A stretch of DNA of 64,000 bases, taken from the IMG/VR virus record IMGVR_UViG_3300031578_000017; one strand, written 5' to 3'. The notes below the pieces were generated by a model. The model had not been told where the DNA came from and searched no databases. It saw only the letters and a program-made list of their open reading frames with translations. This DNA comes from a virus. Both the position numbers and the translations under genes were made by a program. This document shows positions 1 to 8,498 of this stretch, one piece after another (position 1 is the stretch's first letter; each line of letters starts with the position of its first letter).

Positions 1-224
1 ATGGCTTCACCAGTTCCCAACGTTTGGCAAATTCCTGCCAAAAGTTCGGCCTCAGTTTTCCAAGGCTCATCTCCACACGAAAACTTTTGCATGAGTTCGA
101 AGCCGTCTCCGTAGTATGAAATGGTTGTAGTGCCAGAGTCCTCATGAACAATGGCATGGCCCATTTCAGTCTCCACTACTTTCATGGTGCATGTACTGAA
201 CTGCAAGTTTTTGAACTGTAACAT
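1..224 (-). CDS. hypothetical protein, runs off the window edge
   Basis: ATG at 224 with AAGGGG RBS; MLQFKNLQFSTCTMKVVETEMGHAIVHEDSG... open to position 1; promoter at 269-301. Confidence 0.6.
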   Translation of the reverse strand, partial: MLQFKNLQFSTCTMKVVETEMGHAIVHEDSGTTTISYYGDGFELMQKFSCGDEPWKTEAELLAGICQTLGTGEA

Positions 225-268
225 GTTTTGACCCCTTTATTCAGTGGGCACCCTATGTACCCAAATAC

Positions 269-301
269 AGTTTACCTTCCAAAACACCTCTAGGCAAGTC
301 C
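269..301 (-). promoter_or_regulatory. sigma70-like promoter
   Basis: GGAC-TTGCCT-N17-TAAACT; near-twin at 1033-1065. Confidence 0.6.
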
Positions 302-354
302 TAAACAGTTCCTATTTTAAATGCTTAGAATTCATTCAGATTCTATAATAAAAT

Positions 355-383
355 AATGGAGGTGGTTGTTAGCCACCTCCATT
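355..383 (-). terminator. intrinsic terminator
   Basis: 11-bp stem AATGGAGGTGG/CCACCTCCATT followed by ATTTT on the minus strand, just after the 403-963 stop. Confidence 0.7.
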
Positions 384-402
384 TTCACGACCCAAGGGTT
401 CC

Positions 403-963
403 TTACTGGCCCTTGGCCTTCAGGTTGGCCTCGACTTCGGCAAAGATGCCCTCAGTGCCGGTAGCGTTCACGCTACCAGTCTTTCCGTAGTACGCGAACA
501 CGCTTGCCGCGAAGGGCAGTAGCGTTTCCACCTTGCCGTGGTTGTCACCGCTGAGCTTTGCCCACCACGCCTTTTCAGGGGCGATATAGCCTGTACAGCC
601 CTTTTCCTCCTTGACCTCACCCTTCAAGGCATCCTGCGTACTGTGGCAGAACGCACCACCGGCGAACACAAACGCCAATGACGCGAGGCGTTGGGCCATC
701 TTGTTATTGGGGTTCACTGGCACCCCAATGACGTTACAGGCGGTTTCGTACAAGGCGACCGCCAGAGCCCGTTTGTTGAGTCCACCCTTGTTGTGGGTAG
801 GAACGGCAACCTTTTCGGTGCCAAGTTCCAATTCCGCAATAGGCAACTGCTTCGCGACTGCAAGCAGCACCTTGGAAGCGACTACCGGAGTCGATTCCGA
901 GTTGACCTTGGCCTTACGGCTCTTTTTGGCCTTGGTTTCCAACATGGCTTCCTGTTCACTCAT
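403..963 (-). CDS. early hypothetical protein with Lys-rich N-terminus (probable paralog of 15205-15732)
   Basis: 186 aa ORF, RBS and own promoter; KRALAVA motif shared with 15205-15732. Confidence 0.75.
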   Translation of the reverse strand: MSEQEAMLETKAKKSRKAKVNSESTPVVASKVLLAVAKQLPIAELELGTEKVAVPTHNKGGLNKRALAVALYETACNVIGVPVNPNNKMAQRLASLAFVFAGGAFCHSTQDALKGEVKEEKGCTGYIAPEKAWWAKLSGDNHGKVETLLPFAASVFAYYGKTGSVNATGTEGIFAEVEANLKAKGQ

Positions 964-1032
964 CCTACACCTGCCTTTCTTTTACAAACCTCACAGCGGT
1001 TTGGCTCGGCGCATTGCCTTGCCTATGTTTAC

Positions 1033-1065
1033 AGTTTACCTTCAACAGATTTTCATTGCAAGTCC
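1033..1065 (-). promoter_or_regulatory. sigma70-like promoter
   Basis: GGAC-TTGCAA-N17-TAAACT. Confidence 0.65.
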
Positions 1066-1319
1066 TTTATTGGGTTCTACGATAGGTTGTTTGAATTCGT
1101 TCAATCAATTCTTTTGAATCACACTATTCTATTAATCACTTGCCATCCCTTATGATAGAAATTAAAAATGAAATCAATTTTCTATAAACAACCAATAGAT
1201 AAAATATCCAAACCAGAATAGAATGTATGTGATTCCAAATATATACACGATTTCTCTAAAGATATTTTTGATGTTACTCCATTCACCACTGAATTTATAA
1301 TTTCTATTCATCAGTTTCC

Positions 1320-1595
1320 TCACTCACATTTATTTTTCACTCGTTTTCCCAATGTCTTCTCTAAGTCCTTATAAGTCTGTTCGTTACATCCTATTCCTAA
1401 CGATACTGACCACGGATCATCCATCCGAATATGATCTTCATAAACAGAAATGTATCCTGCAGAAATGATTTTTCTACCATTAGCCATACGAAAATGAGAT
1501 AAACCGAATTCTGTCACAAGTTCAAATTCAAATTCACAATCTTCTAATTGAATGAAACGGTAAAATTCTCCAACTTCTAACTCATTAGCCTTCAT
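1320..1595 (-). CDS. hypothetical protein
   Basis: 91 aa, ATGA overlap with upstream gene. Confidence 0.65.
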   Translation of the reverse strand: MKANELEVGEFYRFIQLEDCEFEFELVTEFGLSHFRMANGRKIISAGYISVYEDHIRMDDPWSVSLGIGCNEQTYKDLEKTLGKRVKNKCE

Positions 1596-1984
1596 TTCTC
1601 ACTCTCCTCAAAACAAGTATCACCAGATTCCTCGTCATATATTGCTTCATCTTCCGCTACATCATTTTCAAGTTTGTCTTGATCAGCTCTGTCATGTTGT
1701 ATATCAGGCCAATACACAATGATTCCACGCCCCATCGAGTCCTGGCAAGTATTCTGAATCATAGTTTCCATATCTTCAAGCAAAAATTCTTTAGTTTGAG
1801 CGCTTGCCTTTTGTGTCATTAAGAAAATGACATTCAACACCTCACCCATATTATCACAAACTAATCCAAGACATTCCTTTCCAAACATACACCTACCACT
1901 ATATGATCTGACACTTACACGTTCAAGATCAATTTCTTTAACAACTTCAAACATCAGCTTTGCCATGTTGCTTGCCATGATCAA
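1592..1984 (-). CDS. conserved phage hypothetical protein (YSGRxMFGxxCLG motif)
   Basis: motif recalled from small phage proteins; AAGGAGG RBS; coupled to neighbours. Confidence 0.7.
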   Translation of the reverse strand: MIMASNMAKLMFEVVKEIDLERVSVRSYSGRCMFGKECLGLVCDNMGEVLNVIFLMTQKASAQTKEFLLEDMETMIQNTCQDSMGRGIIVYWPDIQHDRADQDKLENDVAEDEAIYDEESGDTCFEESEK

Positions 1985-2412
1985 TCCTCCTTCTTAAATG
2001 GGGTTTCTTTTTGGCTGTGGCGGGTGAAATCAATATCAAAAAATTTCACTCCACGTGTGTAAGTACCATTGAGGCTTACCTTTACAATGACTCCAACAAA
2101 AACTTCAACACCATTATGCTCATCAATTTCAAACGGTACAAAGCATTCCCAACTCACACCCAAATGCCATTTTTGTTTCTTATTCTTATAAATCTTTGCC
2201 AATTCGGCACAAGCATTGTGGATAATCTTCTGTACATTTGGGTTTTCACTTAAAAGTAACCCAACATCACATGAATCAGGCCAAATTTGTTTCTGCTGCT
2301 TTGCCAAATCTTCGAGAACACAAAGTGCTTCTTTACCTGGAAACATTTGCTCACCCCTTTCTGCGGCAACCCTATGTTGCCTAAAAGGTTTATACTTTCT
2401 AAATGTATTCAT
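1981..2412 (-). CDS. hypothetical protein
   Basis: 143 aa, AGGAG RBS, ATGA overlap. Confidence 0.65.
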   Translation of the reverse strand: MNTFRKYKPFRQHRVAAERGEQMFPGKEALCVLEDLAKQQKQIWPDSCDVGLLLSENPNVQKIIHNACAELAKIYKNKKQKWHLGVSWECFVPFEIDEHNGVEVFVGVIVKVSLNGTYTRGVKFFDIDFTRHSQKETPFKKED

Positions 2413-2442
2413 TGCAACTCCTATTAAAACTATTACGAACCA

Positions 2443-2688
2443 TTATTTCTTAAAATTTCTAATATAACTTAATGTTCGTGAATTTCTGGCATGTTCTAAA
2501 GCTCTCATCCTAATAAAAACTTCAATATCTGTTTGATTCCATACACGAAATGGTTGTCTAATTCCTGGTATACGAATTATTGGTAAACCGTTTTTTCTCG
2601 CAAAGTATGAACATACATTAATTCCTACTCCAGTTTTATTAGAAACTTGTCCTGTTGTAAACAAAAGATTCTCGTATAATTTAGCCAT
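2443..2688 (-). CDS. MerR/excisionase-like HTH DNA-binding protein
   Basis: FTTGQVSNKTGV...Y....GL P..R..G...R.WNQTDI pattern. Confidence 0.6.
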   Translation of the reverse strand: MAKLYENLLFTTGQVSNKTGVGINVCSYFARKNGLPIIRIPGIRQPFRVWNQTDIEVFIRMRALEHARNSRTLSYIRNFKK

Positions 2689-2694
2689 TTTATT

Positions 2695-2997
2695 TCACTT
2701 TCCTGATTGTTTTCCCATTCTAAATATTAATGCTCTTTCGTGTTCGATAATAAAATCTGAAAGTTGTCTTGGCACTCTCATAACAGATCTTTCTTGATAA
2801 ATACCTTTCTTATATCTGTATCCATAATAATATCCACCAATAGGATTATACCAGAATCCCATTACTTGATTTTCATCAATCTGTATTTCTTTTAAAGGTT
2901 TATTCCTTTCATTCCATTCTTTATTATTTTTCTGTTCAACTTCAGATAATTCGTCCATGACACTAGTCCACTTTTCGTACCATGTTTCTTTTGCCAT
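2695..2997 (-). CDS. hypothetical protein
   Basis: 100 aa, GGAGGTG RBS. Confidence 0.65.
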   Translation of the reverse strand: MAKETWYEKWTSVMDELSEVEQKNNKEWNERNKPLKEIQIDENQVMGFWYNPIGGYYYGYRYKKGIYQERSVMRVPRQLSDFIIEHERALIFRMGKQSGK

Positions 2998-3046
2998 TCC
3001 ACACCTCCTTAAACACTTTTAACCCCTACCAGTACACCACTTTACA

Positions 3047-3484
3047 CTATTTGAGTGTCGTAGACGCATCTGTGCAAATGTGTTTTAGTTCCTGGCTGCT
3101 GGTTACACCACTACTTACTAACAACTCCCAAGTTTTGTGGAGTTCACTGAGCAAACTAATCACTTCTACGATTGGATCTTTTCTTCTTTCAACTATAGCG
3201 TCAGAAAGTCTATCTTGTACATATTCATAGATTTTTCTTAAGTTATTTGCTAGATCTTTTGTAGAATTATCTTTTGCATTACAATTCAAAGACTGATTTA
3301 AAACATTAATGATATATCGTGCATATGTAATATGTTGAAATCCATCAGCATAAGATTGTGCATCAGTTTTATCAAATAAATCTGCTGCTATTTTCAAATC
3401 TTTAAGTGCTTTGTCATAAAGCAGTTCAATTAATTTTCCTGGTGATGCATTATCAACCAGAGTTTTTATCTCATCGTTTGTCAT
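3047..3484 (-). CDS. fliS: flagellin export chaperone FliS homolog
   Basis: ASPGKLIELLYDKAL..L..A; YARYIINVLNQSL; LANNLRKIYEYVQDRL; PIVEVISLLSELHKTW match the FliS consensus along the whole length. Confidence 0.85.
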   Translation of the reverse strand: MTNDEIKTLVDNASPGKLIELLYDKALKDLKIAADLFDKTDAQSYADGFQHITYARYIINVLNQSLNCNAKDNSTKDLANNLRKIYEYVQDRLSDAIVERRKDPIVEVISLLSELHKTWELLVSSGVTSSQELKHICTDASTTLK

Positions 3485-3879
3485 GCATCCTCCCAGTATT
3501 TTTCAACTAAATCTTTGGAAGACTTCAAACACAGGTTGGTCAAAGAACGAATTTCTTTAATTGCTTGAATCTTACCACTGTGCATGTTTGTATGAGATCT
3601 AATTATTCTTTCATTACACTTACAAATTCTAACAATAGTTTTCACAACTTCAATTGTATCAAGACGTTGAGGTGGAATTATTTCTTGATATGTTTTAATT
3701 CCTGGAACATCTTTCTTTTCGAGACTAACAATTCTCTCTTCAACTATTTTTAAATAACTGTTCATCTCATCAATAGTGTTTTGTAAATCCATCAACTTAC
3801 GCTCAGTAGGACCCATTTCTATCTCCTTTGTAGCCCTTGCTGCACTAAAGGTATATAACCATCTGCGAAATTCTAACAC
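3481..3879 (-). CDS. coiled-coil protein with C-terminal ribosomal protein L7/L12-CTD-like domain
   Basis: KIQAIKEIRSLTNLCLKSSKDLVE resembles the bL12 motif KIxVIKxVRxxTGLGLKEAKDLVE; start codon uncertain. Confidence 0.7.
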   Translation of the reverse strand: MLEFRRWLYTFSAARATKEIEMGPTERKLMDLQNTIDEMNSYLKIVEERIVSLEKKDVPGIKTYQEIIPPQRLDTIEVVKTIVRICKCNERIIRSHTNMHSGKIQAIKEIRSLTNLCLKSSKDLVEKYWEDA

Positions 3880-3885
3880 AAATCC
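3848..3885 (-). promoter_or_regulatory. phage early promoter, ACCT family
   Basis: GGAT-TTGTGT-N17-TTATAT-ACCTT. Confidence 0.6.
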
Positions 3886-3902
3886 TTTATTGTTTTGTAA
3901 GA

Positions 3903-4121
3903 TTACATAACAACAGGTGAGATTCTTGTGAGATTTTTGCCTGAAGGCCAGTCTTGAACATCAATAGACTTTTTCTCTTTGAGTACCATATCACACAATT
4001 TCTTTTCTAATTCATATTTATTGTTTGCTTCTATATAATGGCCTTCTCTTGCTGTGACATCATTGTGTCCCAAACTACCTTCAGGGTAGAAATGAGGAAA
4101 CGTTACTCTTGCTTTAACCAT
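3903..4121 (-). CDS. hypothetical protein
   Basis: 72 aa with AGGAG RBS. Confidence 0.6.
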   Translation of the reverse strand: MVKARVTFPHFYPEGSLGHNDVTAREGHYIEANNKYELEKKLCDMVLKEKKSIDVQDWPSGKNLTRISPVVM

Positions 4122-4131
4122 GCCCCTCTCC

Positions 4132-4392
4132 TTAGTATCCGTACCTATTGTAAGGAAATGCTTTTCGAAGCACTTCCTTTCTTTCTTCTTTTTCTAAAAC
4201 CCTGAAAGCTGCAACTGCTTCTTCATCATCACCATACATACTAAAAGAATCTGCATCCAATACAACTTCAATGACAAGTTCTCTAGTTATGTCTTTTTTA
4301 CCATTAGCTTCTAAGATGTCAGCACCAATTGCATCCCATGTATTATTTAATGCATCTATTATACGACTTTCCATTGTTGAATCTAACTTCAT
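4132..4392 (-). CDS. hypothetical protein
   Basis: 86 aa with GGAGG RBS. Confidence 0.65.
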   Translation of the reverse strand: MKLDSTMESRIIDALNNTWDAIGADILEANGKKDITRELVIEVVLDADSFSMYGDDEEAVAAFRVLEKEERKEVLRKAFPYNRYGY

Positions 4393-4557
4393 TTATCCCT
4401 CCAATTCTTTAAGTTCTGACTGAGATTTCTTAAGAATTTCTTGCCTTGTTTTTATCTGTAATTCTAATACACGAATTTCTTCTTGTAACATAATAATCCT
4501 ATCTTCACGCTTTGTGTCTTTCAACAAACTTTCTGGCATCTTGTTCTTTAAATCCAC
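4393..4557 (-). CDS. small coiled-coil protein (not in ORF track)
   Basis: GGAG RBS plus GTG; 54 aa; TAA abuts the next ATG. Confidence 0.55.
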   Translation of the reverse strand: MDLKNKMPESLLKDTKREDRIIMLQEEIRVLELQIKTRQEILKKSQSELKELEG

Positions 4558-4568
4558 GATTTTCTCCT

Positions 4569-4784
4569 TTATCTCTCAACTATGCAGTAATTATCACTTC
4601 TTCCTGTTTCTGCCATGTATTTTTCAAGTTCAGGTATACGAGATTCACATTCTGCAAGAGAACCAAATCCACTCCAATCTCCATAATGACAAGTAATTAA
4701 GAAATTATAATTATTAACTGGTCCATTAGGTTTTCCAATCTTAACCATTTTGCCATCACGCGAATGCCAAATCGTATTTCCCAT
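4569..4784 (-). CDS. hypothetical protein
   Basis: 71 aa, GGAGG RBS. Confidence 0.6.
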   Translation of the reverse strand: MGNTIWHSRDGKMVKIGKPNGPVNNYNFLITCHYGDWSGFGSLAECESRIPELEKYMAETGRSDNYCIVER

Positions 4785-4785
4785 A

Positions 4786-5061
4786 TTACCCTCCTAACAC
4801 AATGTCAATGTGGCGACAATGCCCACGGTAACGGAAACCTGGACAAGAACACCTTACTTGTCCTTTTTTATCTGTAGAAACTACTTGGTAAGTTCCAGGT
4901 TTAGAACTACTTTCAACACGACCAAGGATTTTAGGTTGAAACAACTGTGGTTGTGGATTTTTAGCTTTTACTCTTTCGCGCCAACCAAGAGCAGCTTTCT
5001 GAAACATCGCCATCACTTGCGCATGGCGTTCCGTACTAATTGTAGAACCGATGGTTTCCAT
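4786..5061 (-). CDS. SWIM zinc-finger protein
   Basis: CSCPGFRYRGHCRHI = CxC-x7-CxH SWIM signature. Confidence 0.75.
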   Translation of the reverse strand: METIGSTISTERHAQVMAMFQKAALGWRERVKAKNPQPQLFQPKILGRVESSSKPGTYQVVSTDKKGQVRCSCPGFRYRGHCRHIDIVLGG

Positions 5062-5081
5062 TACCTAAACCCCTTTGCCTA

Positions 5082-5119
5082 AAGGTATAATATAATCTTG
5101 CCACATTCTAAACAAATCC
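5082..5119 (-). promoter_or_regulatory. phage early promoter, ACCT family
   Basis: GGAT-TTGTTT-N17-TATTAT-ACCTT; AAGATTATATTATACCTTT identical to the copy at 14926-14960. Confidence 0.7.
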
Positions 5120-5139
5120 TTTTACAACTCATTTGACAA

Positions 5140-5406
5140 TTATTGAGACATACTAATAAAGAAATCTTTAATCATTTCCCAACAACCAATTTCATACAAA
5201 TAATAGATTCCACCAGCAACCATTGTCATTAACAACATCTGAAATCGTGAATGTCTACGATGATACTTATCCATTGTTTCGTTGAGCTTTTTGGTTTTAG
5301 CTTCTTTCACCATATCTGCGATAATTAATCTTTCTGCATATCCATCAACTCTTGATGGTTTTTCATCAAAACTATCTTCAATTTCTAACCTAGTGTCTAA
5401 AGCCAT
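5140..5406 (-). CDS. small membrane protein
   Basis: one hydrophobic segment FQMLLMTMVAGGIYYLY; AAGGAG RBS. Confidence 0.6.
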   Translation of the reverse strand: MALDTRLEIEDSFDEKPSRVDGYAERLIIADMVKEAKTKKLNETMDKYHRRHSRFQMLLMTMVAGGIYYLYEIGCWEMIKDFFISMSQ

Positions 5407-5486
5407 GATTATCTCCTTTACCTATAAGCGGTTAACCTTAATCTAGTCGGCCCCGATAGCACCGCAAGGTTCTGAGGCGACAATCC

Positions 5487-5663
5487 TTACTCTTTAACTT
5501 CTTCCTTCGGATAGCGACGGTCAATTTCCTTCTTATTGCAGAAGCAACAGGTGGACTTTGAAATGTTGTGTCCATCAACAGAGTTTTTGATGCGAGCCCT
5601 TGTGAGACTCAAACCACACTTGGTCGTGGTTGCATTCTTCAGAACAACATGTTTCCTATTCAT
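5487..5663 (-). CDS. small Cys-containing basic protein (not in ORF track)
   Basis: MNRKHVVLKNATTTKCG...CCFCNKKEIDRRYPKEEVKE, 58 aa, GGGG RBS. Confidence 0.5.
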   Translation of the reverse strand: MNRKHVVLKNATTTKCGLSLTRARIKNSVDGHNISKSTCCFCNKKEIDRRYPKEEVKE

Positions 5664-5720
5664 TTTCTACCCCTTTGTTGATCGCAGCCTATTCTGCGAT
5701 GCCTTTACTACCCAAATACA

Positions 5721-5900
5721 CTATACAGTCTTGGGTTTTTCTTTGCTACTCTTTATTTGCTTTCTAATTAAGTTTGTAAGAGTGTTTTTCATTACAGTCT
5801 TATGGACTCTGATTTTTCCAGGTTCGTTTTTAGTCGGAATTTCTAGCTCTTTTTCTTTCTTGGTGATTCGTGGATAATGTAATCCTGAAAATCTGCGCAT
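5721..5900 (-). CDS. small basic protein (not in ORF track)
   Basis: 59 aa, AAGGAG RBS. Confidence 0.5.
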   Translation of the reverse strand: MRRFSGLHYPRITKKEKELEIPTKNEPGKIRVHKTVMKNTLTNLIRKQIKSSKEKPKTV

Positions 5901-5920
5901 GAGTTTTCTCCTTTATATTA

Positions 5921-6157
5921 TTACTTATTTCTACAATCTTTACACATATCTACAAAAATCAAATTTTCTAATAGTTCTCCTTCATTTTCTAATTGTTTTA
6001 CCTTTTCTAATGCGTCTGTAAATTTTTCATATTCTTCTCTATCTTTATCATAGAAATATGTATGATTGAATTCAATCATACATACACTACATTCAAATTT
6101 GATTGTTAATGGTGGATATTTCTTTAATAACTTAAAGAGTTTTGCATCCATTATCAT
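5921..6157 (-). CDS. small Zn-finger protein
   Basis: CSVC...CKDC. Confidence 0.55.
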   Translation of the reverse strand: MIMDAKLFKLLKKYPPLTIKFECSVCMIEFNHTYFYDKDREEYEKFTDALEKVKQLENEGELLENLIFVDMCKDCRNK

Positions 6158-6195
6158 ACAAATATAACTTTAGGAGATTATCTTATAAATAAAGC

Positions 6196-6225
6196 GGGAC
6201 CAGGAGCATAGGGTCTCCTGGTCCC
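6196..6225 (-). terminator. intrinsic terminator
   Basis: 11-bp stem GGGACCAGGAG/CTCCTGGTCCC then GCTTTATTT. Confidence 0.65.
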
Positions 6226-6259
6226 TAACCTACAGTCTAGTGCGAGGAGGAGGGGTGTC

Positions 6260-6544
6260 CTACCGCACTCTACTGTAGACTTCCATTGTGCCACGCATTT
6301 CAAGTTCTGCGATGGCTTGCTGTTTCAACCAAGTCCAACGCAACTGAAGTTTTGCAACGACTATCGGTCGGAACTCACCCTGCTCCAATTGCTGCTTAAT
6401 CGTTTGGTCAACGAGTTTCTCAATCTCAACATGCTTCCACATTAACAATTCCTCATCAGAGGTTTTGTTATTTATTCGCTGCCCAATCTCCTTTACAATA
6501 AATTCCGACTCCACGTTCTGGTTAACTAACTGGTTGACTGTCAT
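6260..6544 (-). CDS. hypothetical protein
   Basis: 94 aa, GGGG RBS, upstream promoter TTGTGT-N17-TAAGCT (6601-6633). Confidence 0.65.
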   Translation of the reverse strand: MTVNQLVNQNVESEFIVKEIGQRINNKTSDEELLMWKHVEIEKLVDQTIKQQLEQGEFRPIVVAKLQLRWTWLKQQAIAELEMRGTMEVYSRVR

Positions 6545-6651
6545 GGCCCAACCCCCTATCTTTTTAAGGGGTTCCTATTAACCCCTTACCCTACACTTGC
6601 AGCTTACAATCTAAAAACACTCAACACAAATCCTATTGCAAGTCTTTTGAA

Positions 6652-6930
6652 TTAGCTATTGTGTGCTGTTTCTATTTCTTTAAGTTTCTTTGCCTTTTCA
6701 ATTCCTAGTTCAGTCAAACAGATGGTTTCGCTTGTAGATTTCCAATAATTCATCATATCACCAATTTCCATCAGTTTATTAAAGTAATCAATATTATGTC
6801 CTTGGTGCATGAATCCTAAATACATTGGTCCCTTGGGAGTTGGTGTTGTGCCTTTATCAAGTTCATAGGCAGTAGAAAGAATAACAGATAAGTGAAGCAT
6901 TATTCGCTGTACTTCTGCATCTCTTGACAT
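6652..6930 (-). CDS. hypothetical (winged-helix-like C-terminus)
   Basis: ICLTELGIEKAK wing-like motif; promoter GAT-TTGCAA-N17-TATACT at 6979-7010. Confidence 0.55.
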   Translation of the reverse strand: MSRDAEVQRIMLHLSVILSTAYELDKGTTPTPKGPMYLGFMHQGHNIDYFNKLMEIGDMMNYWKSTSETICLTELGIEKAKKLKEIETAHNS

Positions 6931-7205
6931 GACTTTCTCCTTTCGTGTTAATCCTTGACAACCTTACTGCACAACCTAAGTATAAAATCTAACATTGTTC
7001 ATTGCAAATCAAATATAAACTTTTAAGACTAGATTTTTCCCGTAAAAGTTACCGATAATCAAATAATAAAGGTATGTATATAGCGATTGTTATGAGCATA
7101 GGGGAATTTTTATTTCTTCTCTTTTAAATATGAAATTATGAAAATATGGATATTGTATCGTAACTAGTCTGCATTGTCTTTCTCCTTTGCTTGGTCCACG
7201 GAAAA

Positions 7206-7709
7206 CTACTCCCTGATTGCGTTCTTCATGGCGTGTTCAATGGCTCGATTGCCTAGCCCGATGGCCGACAACTGTGCGCCCAACTCGCTCAACTCCTCAC
7301 TGACAACAGACTCTATGTACGAATCTTCACTGTCTGATTCAATTCCCCATAGGCCACCGCTTCGGATGGTTTGACATACTCCGCCTATTACAACTGTTGC
7401 CTTTGCGACGATTCCGAGAAAGCACCACCCGCCATTTTGCAAAGATTCCATGCGTGAAAAGTCCTGTTTCCCGTACGTGATGTATTCTTTTGTACCCGGC
7501 TTTTCTCCTCCCGCGTAGGGTATGAAGAACCGGTATTCCCGGCCCTTGTCTGGCGTCTCGTGTTCATCTCCGCATAGCGATAGGTACTCGCCGCAATGCC
7601 GGCAGATAGCCCAGTCGGACGCGGTATCCGTGTATTCCCCGATGTAGGATACGTCCGGGTCAACGTCCGACTCTGTTACGACTCTCACTTCGGTAATGTG
7701 CGCTTTCAT
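7206..7709 (-). CDS. conserved phage hypothetical protein
   Basis: 167 aa, AAGGAGG RBS, CxxC and GLWGIESDS motif. Confidence 0.7.
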   Translation of the reverse strand: MKAHITEVRVVTESDVDPDVSYIGEYTDTASDWAICRHCGEYLSLCGDEHETPDKGREYRFFIPYAGGEKPGTKEYITYGKQDFSRMESLQNGGWCFLGIVAKATVVIGGVCQTIRSGGLWGIESDSEDSYIESVVSEELSELGAQLSAIGLGNRAIEHAMKNAIRE

Positions 7710-7763
7710 CCGGCCTCCTTCGCGACTTTAACGCCCTGCGTCCCCTTAGCCTTTGTCGAGTCC

Positions 7764-8003
7764 TCACTGACAGCACTCGGCTTGATGTGGGCATCGGCGC
7801 TTGATCTTGTACGCTTCCGGCTGGCACGTTAGCCAAACAACATCGTCGGTGTGCTCAATCTTATCCAGCACGCAGCACCCGTGGTATCGCCAGTAAAATA
7901 CCGTGCCGTCTGCGGCTACATGTACCCTGGCTATCCCTTGATCTGCGCTATTGTGCCAGTGAATGTAGTCCCACCCAAACAGAAAATGAAGTAACCGCCA
8001 CAT
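7764..8003 (-). CDS. hypothetical protein (start MWRLLHF)
   Basis: AAGGAG RBS 6 nt before ATG at 8003. Confidence 0.65.
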   Translation of the reverse strand: MWRLLHFLFGWDYIHWHNSADQGIARVHVAADGTVFYWRYHGCCVLDKIEHTDDVVWLTCQPEAYKIKRRCPHQAECCQ

Positions 8004-8074
8004 CGCTAACTCCTTTCGGAGGTAATTTCGCTTTCGTTCCGACGTGCAACCGCTGCACGTCCGCGTGGTTCCTC
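8004..8074 (-). repeat. structured intergenic element, copy A (GAGGAAC-hairpin-AAAGnGAAATTACCT-hairpin/SD)
   Basis: 49/55 nt identical to 12785-12839; 8-bp stem GACGTGCA/TGCACGTC; CTCC-GAAA-GGAG hairpin contains the SD. Confidence 0.8.
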
Positions 8075-8077
8075 TGG

Positions 8078-8275
8078 TTATCTTAAACACCTGAACACTT
8101 TTGGAATGCGAAATCTACTCGGCATGTCGCTGTAAAGAGGCACGTCTCGTTCGTCGAAAAGCCGACGACTGAAACACCAGTCTGCAAAATCGAATCCGTG
8201 CCACGATCCGCAAGTAAACCATCTGTGCATCCACATTTTATTGCGGCGCTTACGTCTGGCTGCATTCTTGCCCAT
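8078..8275 (-). CDS. small basic hypothetical protein
   Basis: 65 aa, AGGAGG RBS. Confidence 0.6.
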   Translation of the reverse strand: MGKNAARRKRRNKMWMHRWFTCGSWHGFDFADWCFSRRLFDERDVPLYSDMPSRFRIPKVFRCLR

Positions 8276-8290
8276 GTGTGGTTCCTCCTA

Positions 8291-8498
8291 TTAACTTGCG
8301 CACGACGAAACGAAATGCACACCCTCGTCATCGAGAGGTATTTCAGTCAACGACCAATCTTCCTTTTCAGATTTCGGAAGCTCGTGCAGGGCCAAGCCCA
8401 AGGCCACGCTTTCACTTGTAGCCACAATCACAAACTCTTTATTCTCATATCCTCCGTACTTCAACTGACTGCTGTACGAGGCGTTAAACACTTTCATC
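8291..8498 (-). CDS. hypothetical protein (start MKVFNASY)
   Basis: GGAGG RBS before ATG at 8498. Confidence 0.6.

Noticed and set aside
611-1155. Plus-strand ORFs 611-1117 and 691-1155 and many similar antisense ORFs across the window
   Set aside because: Shadows of well-supported opposite-strand genes; no RBS or recognisable motifs
8020-8074. Reading the A/B element as a conserved peptide (EEPRGRAAVARR), since the first three differences are synonymous
   Set aside because: That frame follows a TAA with no start codon in both copies, and copy C keeps the ends but not the peptide; two of the changes are also a compensatory base pair
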